Shown here piece by piece: positions 9,460-19,370 of a stretch of 64,000 bases of DNA (positions are counted from its first letter, which is position 1; the number at the start of each line of letters is the position of its first letter). Where the stretch lies: contig CBDEVQ010000100.1 in the NCBI GenBank assembly GCA_965243605.1, forward strand, positions 45,888 to 109,887, written 5' to 3'. The notes under the pieces are model-generated. The model was not told where the DNA came from. It saw only the letters and a program-made list of their open reading frames with translations, and made no database searches. A program made the translations under genes and the position numbers. Origin of the DNA: Flavobacteriales bacterium (lineage in GTDB: Bacteria > Bacteroidota > Bacteroidia > Flavobacteriales > CAJXXR01).

Positions 9460-10515
9460 ATGTTACAATATAACGATTTAAAATCGAGTTTATTAAAACG
9501 AATTATTGTTGGGGTACATATTGTAGCATGGTTAATATTTTTTCAAATAAGCTTTGATTTAACAGGGTTGTATTATGGATTGACAGATCTTATTTTCCAT
9601 GATGATATAACGTATTTTGATGAAGCTTTTATTCTAATACCCTTTATTCTAATTCTGTTTTATTGGAATAGTCAATATTTAATTCCAAAATATATTACGT
9701 TAAAAAGTTGGTTGAAATATATCATCTATTTAGCATTAAGCTACTTTCTTTGCTCAGGCCTAAGCATATTTGTGTTTCAAATACTAATAGAATTTGGATG
9801 GGATTTTAGGTTAGATCATGAAGAATTTGAAGATATAGTTTTCACCATGTACCTAATTATTATACTCGCAAGTTTAGGAAGGGGAATTACAAAGTTAGCT
9901 TTAAGTAATGCACAACAAGCCAAGGAGGCAAGAGAGCGGTATAAAGAAGCAGAACTAAATTATCTACAAGCACAAATAAACCCCCATTTTATATTTAATT
10001 CCTTAAATATGTTGTACGCATTATCTGATGAAGAAAATGCAACACAAACAACAAATGCAATACTTAAATTCTCTGAGCTCATGAGATACCCGATGTATGA
10101 GGGTAGTAAGTCTCTAGTGCCTTTAGAAAAAGAGTTAATATTTATTGAAAACTTTATTGATTTACAACGGTTAAAATTAGGAGACGATTATCCTATTGTT
10201 TTTAATAGAAAAGGCAATTATAAAAATATAGTGGTCATACCATTATGTTTTATTCCTATTGTAGAAAATGCCTTTAAATATGGCGTTAGTCAACGATATA
10301 AATCTGAAATATCATTCAATATATATCAAGTAGAAAATAATATATATTTTGAATCTGAAAATGAATTAAATTCTTCATCTACAATTAAATCTCATAAAAT
10401 AGGTATAGAGAATTTAAAGCAAAGGTTAGAATTGGTTTATAAAGGTAAAAGCCAATTAACGCTTCATCAATCCAATAATACATTTAAAGTTAAACTTGTA
10501 TTACCCATTTCTTAA
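9460..10515 (+). CDS. LytS/YehU-type membrane sensor histidine kinase
   Basis: About 4 TM segments; H-box LQAQINPHFIFNSLN; VENAFKYG; IGIENLKQRL. Confidence 0.92.
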   Translation: MLQYNDLKSSLLKRIIVGVHIVAWLIFFQISFDLTGLYYGLTDLIFHDDITYFDEAFILIPFILILFYWNSQYLIPKYITLKSWLKYIIYLALSYFLCSGLSIFVFQILIEFGWDFRLDHEEFEDIVFTMYLIIILASLGRGITKLALSNAQQAKEARERYKEAELNYLQAQINPHFIFNSLNMLYALSDEENATQTTNAILKFSELMRYPMYEGSKSLVPLEKELIFIENFIDLQRLKLGDDYPIVFNRKGNYKNIVVIPLCFIPIVENAFKYGVSQRYKSEISFNIYQVENNIYFESENELNSSSTIKSHKIGIENLKQRLELVYKGKSQLTLHQSNNTFKVKLVLPIS

Positions 10516-10597
10516 ATTGATAATATAGTTAGGGTAATTTAATTAAAATGAATCCGAACTATGCGATGTTTATAAATGAAATCTTAAATTTGTCGTT

Positions 10598-11752
10598 ATG
10601 ACAAAAAAACGCATCGCTATTCTTGGCTCAACAGGTTCTATAGGAACACAAGCTTTAGAAGTTGTAAGAGAATGTCCAGAACATTTCGAAATTGAAGTAT
10701 TAACAGCAGGTAACAACGTTGATCTGTTATTGGAACAAGCCCTAGAGTTTAAGCCTAATGTTGTTGTAATAGCTAATGAAGCGCATTACAATACTTTAAA
10801 TGATAAACTTTTTGATTTAGGAATTAAAGTATACGCAGGAGATCAGGCTTTATGTGAAGTTGTTCAAATGAATACTGTAGATGTCGTTTTAACAGCAATG
10901 GTTGGAGCCGCTGGGTTAAAACCCACAATTGCGGCTATAGAAGCTAAAAAGAATATTGCTTTAGCAAATAAAGAAACTTTAGTTGTTGCCGGAGAAATAA
11001 TTTCTGAACTTGCAATTAAAAACGGAGTTCAGATAAACCCTGTAGATTCTGAACACTCAGCTATTTTTCAGTGTTTAATTGGTGAAAGCCAAAATAAAAT
11101 TGAAAAAATAATTCTAACAGCAAGTGGAGGTCCTTTTAGAGGAATGTCATACGATGAGTTAAAGAAAGTTACCAAAGCTCAAGCCTTAAAGCATCCAAAT
11201 TGGTCTATGGGAGCAAAAATAACTATAGACTCCGCAAGTATGATGAACAAGGGGTTAGAAGTTATTGAAGCGAAATGGTTATTTAATTTAAGAAATGATC
11301 AAATAGAGGTTATCGTACATCCACAATCTATCGTTCATTCATTGGTCCAATTTGAAGACGGTTCTATAAAAGCACAGTTAGGACTTCCTGACATGAAATT
11401 GCCTATCTTATATGGAATGTCATTTCCATTTAGACCAAAAACAACCTGGCCAAGATTTAATTTCTTAGATTATCCAAATCTAACATTTGAACCTGCAGAT
11501 CTTAAAACATTTAGAAATTTACAATATGCATTTGATGCTATAGAAAAAGGTGGTAATATGCCATGTATTCTTAATGCAGCCAATGAAATTGCTGTACAGG
11601 CATTTTTGGATGATAAAGTTTCTTTTGTTGGAATGTCTGATGTTATAGAACAAGCGATGAATGGAGTTTCATTTATTAAAAAGCCAACTTTAGATGAGCT
11701 AATAGAAACAGATAGACAAACGCGAATTTTCGCCCAAAATATATTGAATTAA
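10598..11752 (+). CDS. dxr: 1-deoxy-D-xylulose-5-phosphate reductoisomerase
   Basis: LGSTGSIG, LANKETLV, PVDSEHSA, HPNWSMGAKITIDSA. Confidence 0.98.
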   Translation: MTKKRIAILGSTGSIGTQALEVVRECPEHFEIEVLTAGNNVDLLLEQALEFKPNVVVIANEAHYNTLNDKLFDLGIKVYAGDQALCEVVQMNTVDVVLTAMVGAAGLKPTIAAIEAKKNIALANKETLVVAGEIISELAIKNGVQINPVDSEHSAIFQCLIGESQNKIEKIILTASGGPFRGMSYDELKKVTKAQALKHPNWSMGAKITIDSASMMNKGLEVIEAKWLFNLRNDQIEVIVHPQSIVHSLVQFEDGSIKAQLGLPDMKLPILYGMSFPFRPKTTWPRFNFLDYPNLTFEPADLKTFRNLQYAFDAIEKGGNMPCILNAANEIAVQAFLDDKVSFVGMSDVIEQAMNGVSFIKKPTLDELIETDRQTRIFAQNILN

Positions 11753-11757
11753 TAAAA

Positions 11758-13125
11758 ATGGATTTAATTATTCGAGTAAGTCAATTTATTCTAAGTATTT
11801 CATTACTGGTAATATTACATGAATTAGGACATTTTATTCCAGCTAAATTATTTAAAACCAAAGTTGAAAAGTTTTATTTATTTTTTGATGCTAAATTTTC
11901 AATTTGGAAGAAGAAAATTGGTGAAACTGAATATGGAATAGGTTGGATTCCTTTTGGAGGGTATGTGAAAATTTCGGGTATGATAGATGAATCTATGGAT
12001 ACCGAACAATTAGAGAAAGCGCCTCAACCTTGGGAGTTTAGGAGTAAACCAGCTTGGCAACGATTAATTATTATGATTGGTGGAGTTGTTGTAAATATTA
12101 TTGTAGCTATTATTATTTATATCGGTATACTAACCGTTTGGGGGAAAGACTATATTCCTATGGAATCGTTAAAAGATGGTTTATGGATAACGAAGCCAGA
12201 GTTAGCAGACCATATTAAACTTCAAACTGGAGATAAAATACTGTCAGTAGATGGTAAGCCTGTTTTAGGTTATCAGCAAGCTCTAAATAGTATAGTAATT
12301 GGTGACTCTTTAATCATAGATAGACAAGGAGAGAAGATTGCAGTGGATATCCCTATTAATTATATCGAAATATTAGAGAATGCTAAAGACGAACAAAAGG
12401 TGTTTTATGCACCAAGAATGCCTTTCATAATTAAAGGTTTTATTAATGGAACCGTTAATGAATCTTTAGGACTTGAAGCCAAAGATAGAATTATGGCTAT
12501 TAATGATGAGTCTGTAGAATATTTTGATATGGTAGCAAATGTCCTTAATAAATATAAAGGGCAAACTGTAAAAGTTGATGTTGTAAGAGAAGACAAGGAA
12601 ATGACATTGCAGCTAGAAGTAAATAACGAAGGTAAACTTGGAGTAATGCAATATATGGCAACATCTCCAGAGTTAGAAAAGTTAGGACTTCTTAAAATAG
12701 AGCACGACAGATATTCTTTTGGAGAAGCTATTCCAGCTGGATTTAAAATGACCTACACTAGTTTTATAGACTATATTAAACAATTTAGAAAAATTGTAAA
12801 CCCTGAGACAGGTGCATATAAGAGTGTTGGTGGTATGATAAAAATGACAAAATTATTTCCTTCAGAATGGAATTGGAGATATTTTTGGCATATCACAGCT
12901 ATTCTATCCATTATGTTAGCGTTCTTAAATATATTACCAATTCCAGCATTAGATGGAGGTCATGTAATGTTTGTATTGTATGAAATGGTCACAAGAAAGA
13001 AACCTTCTCAAAAGGTATTGGAGACCGCTCAAATACTTGGATTCTTTATTGTAGTAGGATTAATTCTAATTGTAAACGGAAAAGACGTTATAGAGGAAAT
13101 AACCTCATTTTTAAATAAATCTTAA
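11758..13125 (+). CDS. rseP: RIP metalloprotease RseP
   Basis: HELGH, PDZ domains, NILPIPALDGGH; follows dxr. Confidence 0.95.
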   Translation: MDLIIRVSQFILSISLLVILHELGHFIPAKLFKTKVEKFYLFFDAKFSIWKKKIGETEYGIGWIPFGGYVKISGMIDESMDTEQLEKAPQPWEFRSKPAWQRLIIMIGGVVVNIIVAIIIYIGILTVWGKDYIPMESLKDGLWITKPELADHIKLQTGDKILSVDGKPVLGYQQALNSIVIGDSLIIDRQGEKIAVDIPINYIEILENAKDEQKVFYAPRMPFIIKGFINGTVNESLGLEAKDRIMAINDESVEYFDMVANVLNKYKGQTVKVDVVREDKEMTLQLEVNNEGKLGVMQYMATSPELEKLGLLKIEHDRYSFGEAIPAGFKMTYTSFIDYIKQFRKIVNPETGAYKSVGGMIKMTKLFPSEWNWRYFWHITAILSIMLAFLNILPIPALDGGHVMFVLYEMVTRKKPSQKVLETAQILGFFIVVGLILIVNGKDVIEEITSFLNKS

Positions 13126-13131
13126 GGCCTT

Positions 13132-13168
13132 AAAAAACACTCTATATTTTTATAGAGTGTTTTTTTTT
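13132..13168 (+). terminator. Intrinsic terminator after rseP
   Basis: AAAAAACACTCTATA-tttt-TATAGAGTGTTTTTT hairpin with T tract. Confidence 0.85.
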
Positions 13169-13301
13169 GAGTATTTCTCTTTAGATAATTAGATCTGAAT
13201 TGTGGAATTCAAAAAGTAAATTATCTCATTCAACCAAAATCTATTAACTTTGCGTAGATTTTCAAAATCACACATTTTTTAATCTTAACAATAACGACAC
13301 T

Positions 13302-14843
13302 ATGAGTCAGTTCGGAATGGACGATGCTTTAAAAACTTTAGGTTTAGGAGCTCAAAATAACGGAACTTCTACAGGTATAGAATTTTCAAATAAATCAGGA
13401 GAATATATTACATCATATTCACCAGTAGATGGAAAGAAAATAGGAGAAGTTTCTATTACAACAAAAGACGAGTACGAAGCAATAATAGCTAAGGCTCAAG
13501 ACGCATTTTCTTCTTGGAGAATGTTACCAGCTCCTCAACGTGGAGAAATTGTTCGTCAGTTTGGTGAGAAATTAAGAGCTAAGAAAGAAGCCTTAGGTAA
13601 ATTAGTTTCTTACGAAATGGGTAAATCTTACCAAGAAGGATTAGGTGAAGTTCAGGAAATGATCGATATCTGTGATTTTGCTGTAGGTTTATCTCGTCAA
13701 TTAAACGGTATTACTTTACATTCAGAACGTCCACTTCACCGTATGTATGACCAGTACCACCCACTTGGAGTTGTAGGTATTATATCTGCATTTAACTTCC
13801 CAGTAGCGGTTTGGGCTTGGAATACAGCTTTAGCATGGATTGCAGGAGATGTTTGTGTTTGGAAACCATCGGAGAAAGCTCCAATGTGTAGTGTAGCATG
13901 TCAAAACATTATGGTAGACGTGTTAAAAGAAAACAACCTTCCAGAAGGAATTTGTTCTCTTATTAACGGTGATTATAAAGTAGGAGAATGGATGACTCAA
14001 GATAAAAGAGTTCCATTAATTTCTGCAACAGGATCTACACGTATGGGAAGAATTGTTGGGCAAGAAGTTGCAAAACGTTTTGGTAAGACAATTTTAGAAT
14101 TAGGTGGTAATAATGCAATTATTGTAACACCTAATGCAGATCTTGAAATGACAGTTGTTGGTGCTGTATTTGGTGCTGTTGGAACAGCTGGACAACGTTG
14201 TACATCTACACGTCGTTTAATTATTCACGATTCTATGTACGATACAGTTGTAGAAAAATTAACTTCTGCTTACGGACAATTGAAAATAGGTAACCCATTA
14301 GATGAATCTAATCATGTTGGACCTGTTATTGATAAAGATGCTGTAAATATGTATTTAGATTCTATATCTAAGGCTAAAGCTGAAGGTGGAACTGTACTTG
14401 TTGAAGGTGGAGTTCTTGAAGGTGAAGGTTATGAAAGTGGATGTTATGTGAAGCCTGCTATTATTGCAGCTAAGAACGAATTTGAAATCGTTCAGCATGA
14501 AACATTTGCACCTATCCTTTACGTTATGAAGTATTCGGACTTAGATGATGCAATTGCTATGCAAAATAATGTGCCTCAAGGTTTATCTTCGGCTATTATG
14601 ACTACAAATTTAAGAGAAGCAGAATTGTTCTTGTCTCACCAAGGTTCAGATTGTGGAATTGCTAATGTAAACATTGGTACTTCTGGTGCCGAAATTGGTG
14701 GTGCATTTGGTGGTGAAAAAGAAACAGGTGGAGGTCGTGAATCAGGATCTGATGCTTGGAAAGCTTATATGCGTCGTCAAACAAATACAATAAACTATTC
14801 TACAGAGTTACCATTAGCTCAAGGAATAAAGTTTGACTTCTAA
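13302..14843 (+). CDS. Aldehyde dehydrogenase family 7 (piperideine-6-carboxylate/aminoadipate-semialdehyde dehydrogenase, AmaB/Pcd-like)
   Basis: GEVQEMIDICDFAVGLSRQL, ELGGNN, GTAGQRCT, GTSGAEIGGAFGGEKETG, C-terminal LPLAQGIKF. Confidence 0.92.
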   Translation: MSQFGMDDALKTLGLGAQNNGTSTGIEFSNKSGEYITSYSPVDGKKIGEVSITTKDEYEAIIAKAQDAFSSWRMLPAPQRGEIVRQFGEKLRAKKEALGKLVSYEMGKSYQEGLGEVQEMIDICDFAVGLSRQLNGITLHSERPLHRMYDQYHPLGVVGIISAFNFPVAVWAWNTALAWIAGDVCVWKPSEKAPMCSVACQNIMVDVLKENNLPEGICSLINGDYKVGEWMTQDKRVPLISATGSTRMGRIVGQEVAKRFGKTILELGGNNAIIVTPNADLEMTVVGAVFGAVGTAGQRCTSTRRLIIHDSMYDTVVEKLTSAYGQLKIGNPLDESNHVGPVIDKDAVNMYLDSISKAKAEGGTVLVEGGVLEGEGYESGCYVKPAIIAAKNEFEIVQHETFAPILYVMKYSDLDDAIAMQNNVPQGLSSAIMTTNLREAELFLSHQGSDCGIANVNIGTSGAEIGGAFGGEKETGGGRESGSDAWKAYMRRQTNTINYSTELPLAQGIKFDF

Positions 14844-14866
14844 TATCTACTAGATAGGTAATTATT

Positions 14867-14907
14867 AAATAGCCGTTACATTTAATTATGTAATGGCTAT
14901 TTTTTTT
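14867..14907 (+). terminator. Intrinsic terminator after the ALDH7 gene
   Basis: AAATAGCCGTTACAT...ATGTAATGGCTATTT hairpin followed by a T tract. Confidence 0.8.
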
Positions 14908-15004
14908 AACCCTTATTAATACTTAATTTATTGTGTATTAGATTTGTTAAATTTATCATATATTAGAAACGTAAACGTGAATTAATCCAATAATACAAAA
15001 TACC

Positions 15005-15598
15005 ATGTCGAAATCAACGGCTTATCTTATTATAATTGGGGGAATACTTATAACATTTCCGATATTTTTTATTACCATTCCAGTGCTTATTGTTATGAAT
15101 AATAAACTGGTCTCATTAAAAAATGCAGTTAATTATAGCTATAGTGGAATAGATGTAATGCTAAAAAAAAGGTATGATCTTATACCTAATATAGTTTCGA
15201 GTGTAAAATCATATATGAAACACGAAGATGAATTATTAGTGAAATTAACAAACCTTAGAACTCAGCTGTTAAGCACTGATGAACATTCAGAAAAAAGATT
15301 TGAACTTGAAAATACATTATCCACTCTATTGGGTAAAGTCCAAATATCAATGGAGAATTATCCAGATTTAAAAGCCAATGAAAATGTTTTGCATCTGCAG
15401 AAAGTTCTTCATGAAACAGAAGAGCAAATAAGTGCTGCTAGGCGTGCTTATAATTCATCTGTCGTTAAATATAATGAATCAATAGAGTCAATACCACTTA
15501 ATGTTGTTGCAGGGGCAAAAAGTTTACAGCCATTTACTTACTTTGAGGTTCAAGCAGAAGAGAAAGTTAATCCGAGTGTAAGTCAATTGTTTGCCTAA
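15005..15598 (+). CDS. lemA: LemA family protein
   Basis: N-terminal TM; IDVMLKKRYDLIPN, ENYPDLKAN, EEQISAARRAYN. Confidence 0.93.
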   Translation: MSKSTAYLIIIGGILITFPIFFITIPVLIVMNNKLVSLKNAVNYSYSGIDVMLKKRYDLIPNIVSSVKSYMKHEDELLVKLTNLRTQLLSTDEHSEKRFELENTLSTLLGKVQISMENYPDLKANENVLHLQKVLHETEEQISAARRAYNSSVVKYNESIESIPLNVVAGAKSLQPFTYFEVQAEEKVNPSVSQLFA

Positions 15599-16658
15599 TA
15601 TGGAATCTTCAATACGTCTATATTTAGACAAAGTAGTTAAAGATTTAGAGATTTTTAGACTTGAGAAAATAAAAGCTTATAACCGCTATAAAAAAACAAC
15701 ATTACGACTAATAAAGATAGTAAAGGTGTTAATTATATTAACAATACCTGTAGCTATATTTGTACCACCATTATGGATTGTGTTTATTGGCTTATTGCTA
15801 TTCGCAAGATTTTTAAGTGGTCGTACAAATCCAAAACACACTTTTACAGATCATGTTAAGACGGTTGTATTACCCGAATTGTTTAAAACAATAAATTCAA
15901 CGTTTGAATACAAACCTTATTATTCAGATAAAGATAATATACTTAAGAGTGGTATTTTAAAATCGAGCTATTTTAAAGGAAACAGTAAAATAGTTGGAGA
16001 AGATTATATAAAAGGATCAATTACCGATGTAGATATTGAATGTAGTGAATTACATTTTTACAGAATAGAGAAGAATTGGATAAAATTTATATTGCTATTC
16101 TTAACATCCTTTATCGTGTATCCAATTCTAATTATAGGATGTATAGTTATGGATCTTGAATTTGAAAGTATCGGTTGGTTAAAGCTAGCCAATGAAGAAA
16201 AATTATTTTATAGAGGGTTTTTAATGACGGCTGATTTTCATAAATCTTTTCAAGGAGAGTTAATTTTACTACCAAAGCATCAAAAGAGCATGGTTGAAAA
16301 GTTAGATCTTAATGTGAATGTTAAAGCATACAAGAAAATAACTTTAGAAAATCCAAAGATTAACGATATTTTTGAAATCTATACGAAATCTGAACAAGAA
16401 GGATTTTATATTTTATCGCCAACAATGTTGAGTGCAATAGAAGAGTTATGTTTAAGCAATGGAGATTATATTCCAACCATCACCTTTTTAGAGGGGAATA
16501 TGAATATATTAATACCAAAGCCTCATGATTCTTTTGAAGTTGATCTTAATACAGAAATAAAAGATAATTCTTATTTTACTAGAAATATTAATGACATAAT
16601 GGTCTTACCAAAGCTAATAGAGCATTTTAAATTAGAAGACCGATTGTGGTCTAAGTAA
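15591..16658 (+). CDS. DUF3137-like membrane protein
   Basis: EDYIKG..SELH, FYRGFLMTADFHKSF, FYILSPTM; overlaps lemA, a common pairing. Confidence 0.7.
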   Translation: MPNMESSIRLYLDKVVKDLEIFRLEKIKAYNRYKKTTLRLIKIVKVLIILTIPVAIFVPPLWIVFIGLLLFARFLSGRTNPKHTFTDHVKTVVLPELFKTINSTFEYKPYYSDKDNILKSGILKSSYFKGNSKIVGEDYIKGSITDVDIECSELHFYRIEKNWIKFILLFLTSFIVYPILIIGCIVMDLEFESIGWLKLANEEKLFYRGFLMTADFHKSFQGELILLPKHQKSMVEKLDLNVNVKAYKKITLENPKINDIFEIYTKSEQEGFYILSPTMLSAIEELCLSNGDYIPTITFLEGNMNILIPKPHDSFEVDLNTEIKDNSYFTRNINDIMVLPKLIEHFKLEDRLWSK

Positions 16659-16787
16659 GATGTTTAAATGACGCTGATTATTAGTTTCATAGTAAAATAA
16701 TATAAAAAGGCATTTACAACTGACATTTTTTTTGTAAAATGCAGTATATTTTAACTTATAACGTAATTTTTAACTTACAGTACACCA

Positions 16788-17426
16788 ATGATTTCTAATA
16801 CTATTGTATCTAAAATAAATAAACTAGAAGATCAAACATATTTAATTCCTGCTCAAAGAAAAGAAGAGTTAGATACTTTGGCAGAATTAGTAGTTAATGA
16901 ATATGATGAGTACGGCGAAGTCGACATGATCGTCATTTGCAAAGAAAACTCACTTCGTAGTCAACTTGGTCAGCTTTGGATACAGTCTATTGCTCAAAAT
17001 TATAATTTAGATTTTTTAAATGTTTATTCTGGAGGAACAGAAGTAACATCTTTTAATTCTAATATGGTAAAAGAGCTATCTAATTACGGATTTACAATAG
17101 AAAAACTAAATGATATTGAAAATCCAGGATATTTGATTTCTCAATCTGAAGATGATAAATCCACAGATGTCATGTTTTCTAAACTATATGACGATGAATT
17201 CAATCCCGAATTTGATTTTATTGCACTAATATGTTGTTCTGAAGCAGATAAAAATTGCCCTGTAATAGAAGAATGTAGCCATAGGTTGTATATGCCATAT
17301 GAAAGCGTTAAAAAGTTTGAAAATACAGATCAGCAAAAAGAGAAGTATTCAAGCATAATTGAAGAAATTGGACGTGAAATGATGTATATGATAAAGAAAG
17401 TTGTTGAGCTACAAGAGCATCTTTAA
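16788..17426 (+). CDS. LMW protein-tyrosine-phosphatase/arsenate-reductase-like protein, divergent
   Basis: CX5R (CKENSLR), YSGGTE, CCSEADKNCP; the usual DP acid motif is absent. Confidence 0.75.
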   Translation: MISNTIVSKINKLEDQTYLIPAQRKEELDTLAELVVNEYDEYGEVDMIVICKENSLRSQLGQLWIQSIAQNYNLDFLNVYSGGTEVTSFNSNMVKELSNYGFTIEKLNDIENPGYLISQSEDDKSTDVMFSKLYDDEFNPEFDFIALICCSEADKNCPVIEECSHRLYMPYESVKKFENTDQQKEKYSSIIEEIGREMMYMIKKVVELQEHL

Positions 17427-17569
17427 GCATAGAATAATATAATTAGGTAATGGATAACATGAAAAAAGATATGATTTCCTGTAAAAACCATTGTATTAAT
17501 GCTAAAAACTTTGTTAATTATTTAAAAGTTTGTAGTTTTGTACTGCAAAATTAGGAAGGAACTAAAGGT

Positions 17570-17595
17570 GAGGGGACGAAAAGTCCCCTCTTTTT
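17570..17595 (+). promoter_or_regulatory. rimP leader hairpin (terminator-like attenuator)
   Basis: GAGGGGAC-gaaaa-GTCCCCTC plus TTTTT just upstream of the rimP ATG, downstream of a TAGTTTTG promoter box. Confidence 0.75.
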
Positions 17596-17604
17596 ATACC
17601 CAAT

Positions 17605-18078
17605 ATGATACAAAAGGATAAAATACAGGCAATTCTAGATGAAATTTTAGATGCCGAACCACATCTATTTTTAGTTGAATTAAACATCAATAACGGAAAC
17701 GAAATTGAAGTATTAATGGATTCTGATAATGGTATTACTATTGGAGAATGTCGACAAGTTAGTCGTAAGGTTGAAAGATGGTTAGAGGAAGAGGAATTAG
17801 ATGGAGCTATTTTTGTGGCTTCACCAGGTTTAGATCGACCTTTAGTATCATACCGTCAATTTAAGAAAAACTTAAATAGAACACTTGAGGTCAAGCTTAA
17901 AAGTGAACCTAAGATGATAAAGGCTCAGCTTATTGAGGTAGATGAAGAAAAAATTGTATTATCTTGGAAAGAAAGAGTTCCAAAAGAAGTAGGTAAAGGA
18001 AAAAGAACTGTTGATTTCACAAAATCAATACTATATACAGAAATTGAACTTGCGAAAGTTGTAATTTCTTTCAAATAA
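17605..18078 (+). CDS. rimP: Ribosome maturation factor RimP
   Basis: DSDNGITIGEC, VASPGLDRPL; precedes nusA-infB. Confidence 0.93.
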   Translation: MIQKDKIQAILDEILDAEPHLFLVELNINNGNEIEVLMDSDNGITIGECRQVSRKVERWLEEEELDGAIFVASPGLDRPLVSYRQFKKNLNRTLEVKLKSEPKMIKAQLIEVDEEKIVLSWKERVPKEVGKGKRTVDFTKSILYTEIELAKVVISFK

Positions 18079-18086
18079 TCGTTGTT

Positions 18087-19316
18087 ATGGATAAAATATC
18101 ACTAATCGACTCGTTTTCGACGTTTAAAGAAACAAAAAATATTGATCGAGTAACTTTAATGAGTATCCTCGAAGAAGTTTTTAAATCGATGCTTACAAAA
18201 AAGTATGGGTCTAATGATAACTTCGATATTATTGTGAATCCTACAAAAGGGGATTTAGAAATATGGAGAAATCGAATTGTAGTTGCTGATGAAGATGTAG
18301 AAGATGAGAATGCTGAAATTCCATATTCAGAAGCTGTTAAGATTGAACCAGATTTTGAAATAGGAGAAGAAGTTTCTGAAGAAGTGAAAATTGAGGCTTT
18401 TGGAAGACGTGCGATTATGGCTATGCGCCAAAATTTAATTTCACGTTTACAAGAACATGATAGCGGAAATTTATATAAACAATATCAAGGATTAATTGGA
18501 GAAATTGTTACAGGAGAAATTCACCATATTCGTAAAGGTGAAGTTATTCTTTTTGATGATGATGAAAATGAATTAATCTTACCAAAAGATAACCAAATTC
18601 GCTCAGATTATTTCCGTAAGGGAGAATCGATAAGAGCTATTGTTAGTGAAGTTAAAATTAATGGAACAAAACCTCGTATTATCTTATCAAGAGTTGCAAA
18701 CGAGTTTTTGGAGAAGTTATTTGAACAAGAAATTCCAGAGATTGCAGATGGTTTAATTACAATTAAAGCTGTAAGACGTATCCCTGGAGAAAAAGCAAAA
18801 ATTGCTGTTGAATCGTATGACGAACGAATTGACCCAGTTGGAGCTTGTGTAGGAATGAAAGGATCTCGAATCCATGGAATCGTAAGAGAACTTGGAAATG
18901 AGAATATTGATGTAATTAACTACACACCAAACAAAGAGTTGTTCATTACAAGAGCTTTAAATCCAGCTAAAATAACATCAATAAAATTAGATCTTGAAAA
19001 CAATAGAGCTAATGTTTATTTAAAACCAGATCAAGTATCGTTAGCCATAGGTAAGAATGGAGCGAATATTAGATTGGCTGGTTTACTTACAAATTTTGAA
19101 ATTGACGTCTATAGAGATGTTGAAGACGAAGATGTAGTGTTAACAGAGTTTAGTGATGAGATTGAAGGATGGGTAATTGATCAGTTTAAAGAAATTGGTT
19201 GTGATACTGCGAAAAGTGTCTTAGAATTATCGACTGAATATCTTGTTAATAGAACGGATTTAGAAGAAGAGACTATTATTGAAGTAAAATCGATTTTACA
19301 ATCAGAATTTGAATAA
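18087..19316 (+). CDS. nusA: Transcription termination factor NusA
   Basis: S1 and KH domains; RIPGEKAKIAV, DPVGACVGMKGSRI, LAIGKNGANIRLA. Confidence 0.98.
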   Translation: MDKISLIDSFSTFKETKNIDRVTLMSILEEVFKSMLTKKYGSNDNFDIIVNPTKGDLEIWRNRIVVADEDVEDENAEIPYSEAVKIEPDFEIGEEVSEEVKIEAFGRRAIMAMRQNLISRLQEHDSGNLYKQYQGLIGEIVTGEIHHIRKGEVILFDDDENELILPKDNQIRSDYFRKGESIRAIVSEVKINGTKPRIILSRVANEFLEKLFEQEIPEIADGLITIKAVRRIPGEKAKIAVESYDERIDPVGACVGMKGSRIHGIVRELGNENIDVINYTPNKELFITRALNPAKITSIKLDLENNRANVYLKPDQVSLAIGKNGANIRLAGLLTNFEIDVYRDVEDEDVVLTEFSDEIEGWVIDQFKEIGCDTAKSVLELSTEYLVNRTDLEEETIIEVKSILQSEFE

Positions 19317-19370
19317 ATTGATAGTCATGTAAGAAACAACACAAAAAAAAGAACAAAAGGTCGAAAACAT

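Noticed and set aside
13302-14843. ALDH7 as the metabolic partner of the LodA-like oxidase (aminoadipate semialdehyde removal)
   Set aside because: It lies 26 kb away in a core-gene context, and the oxidase substrate is unknown; there is no sequence evidence of linkage.
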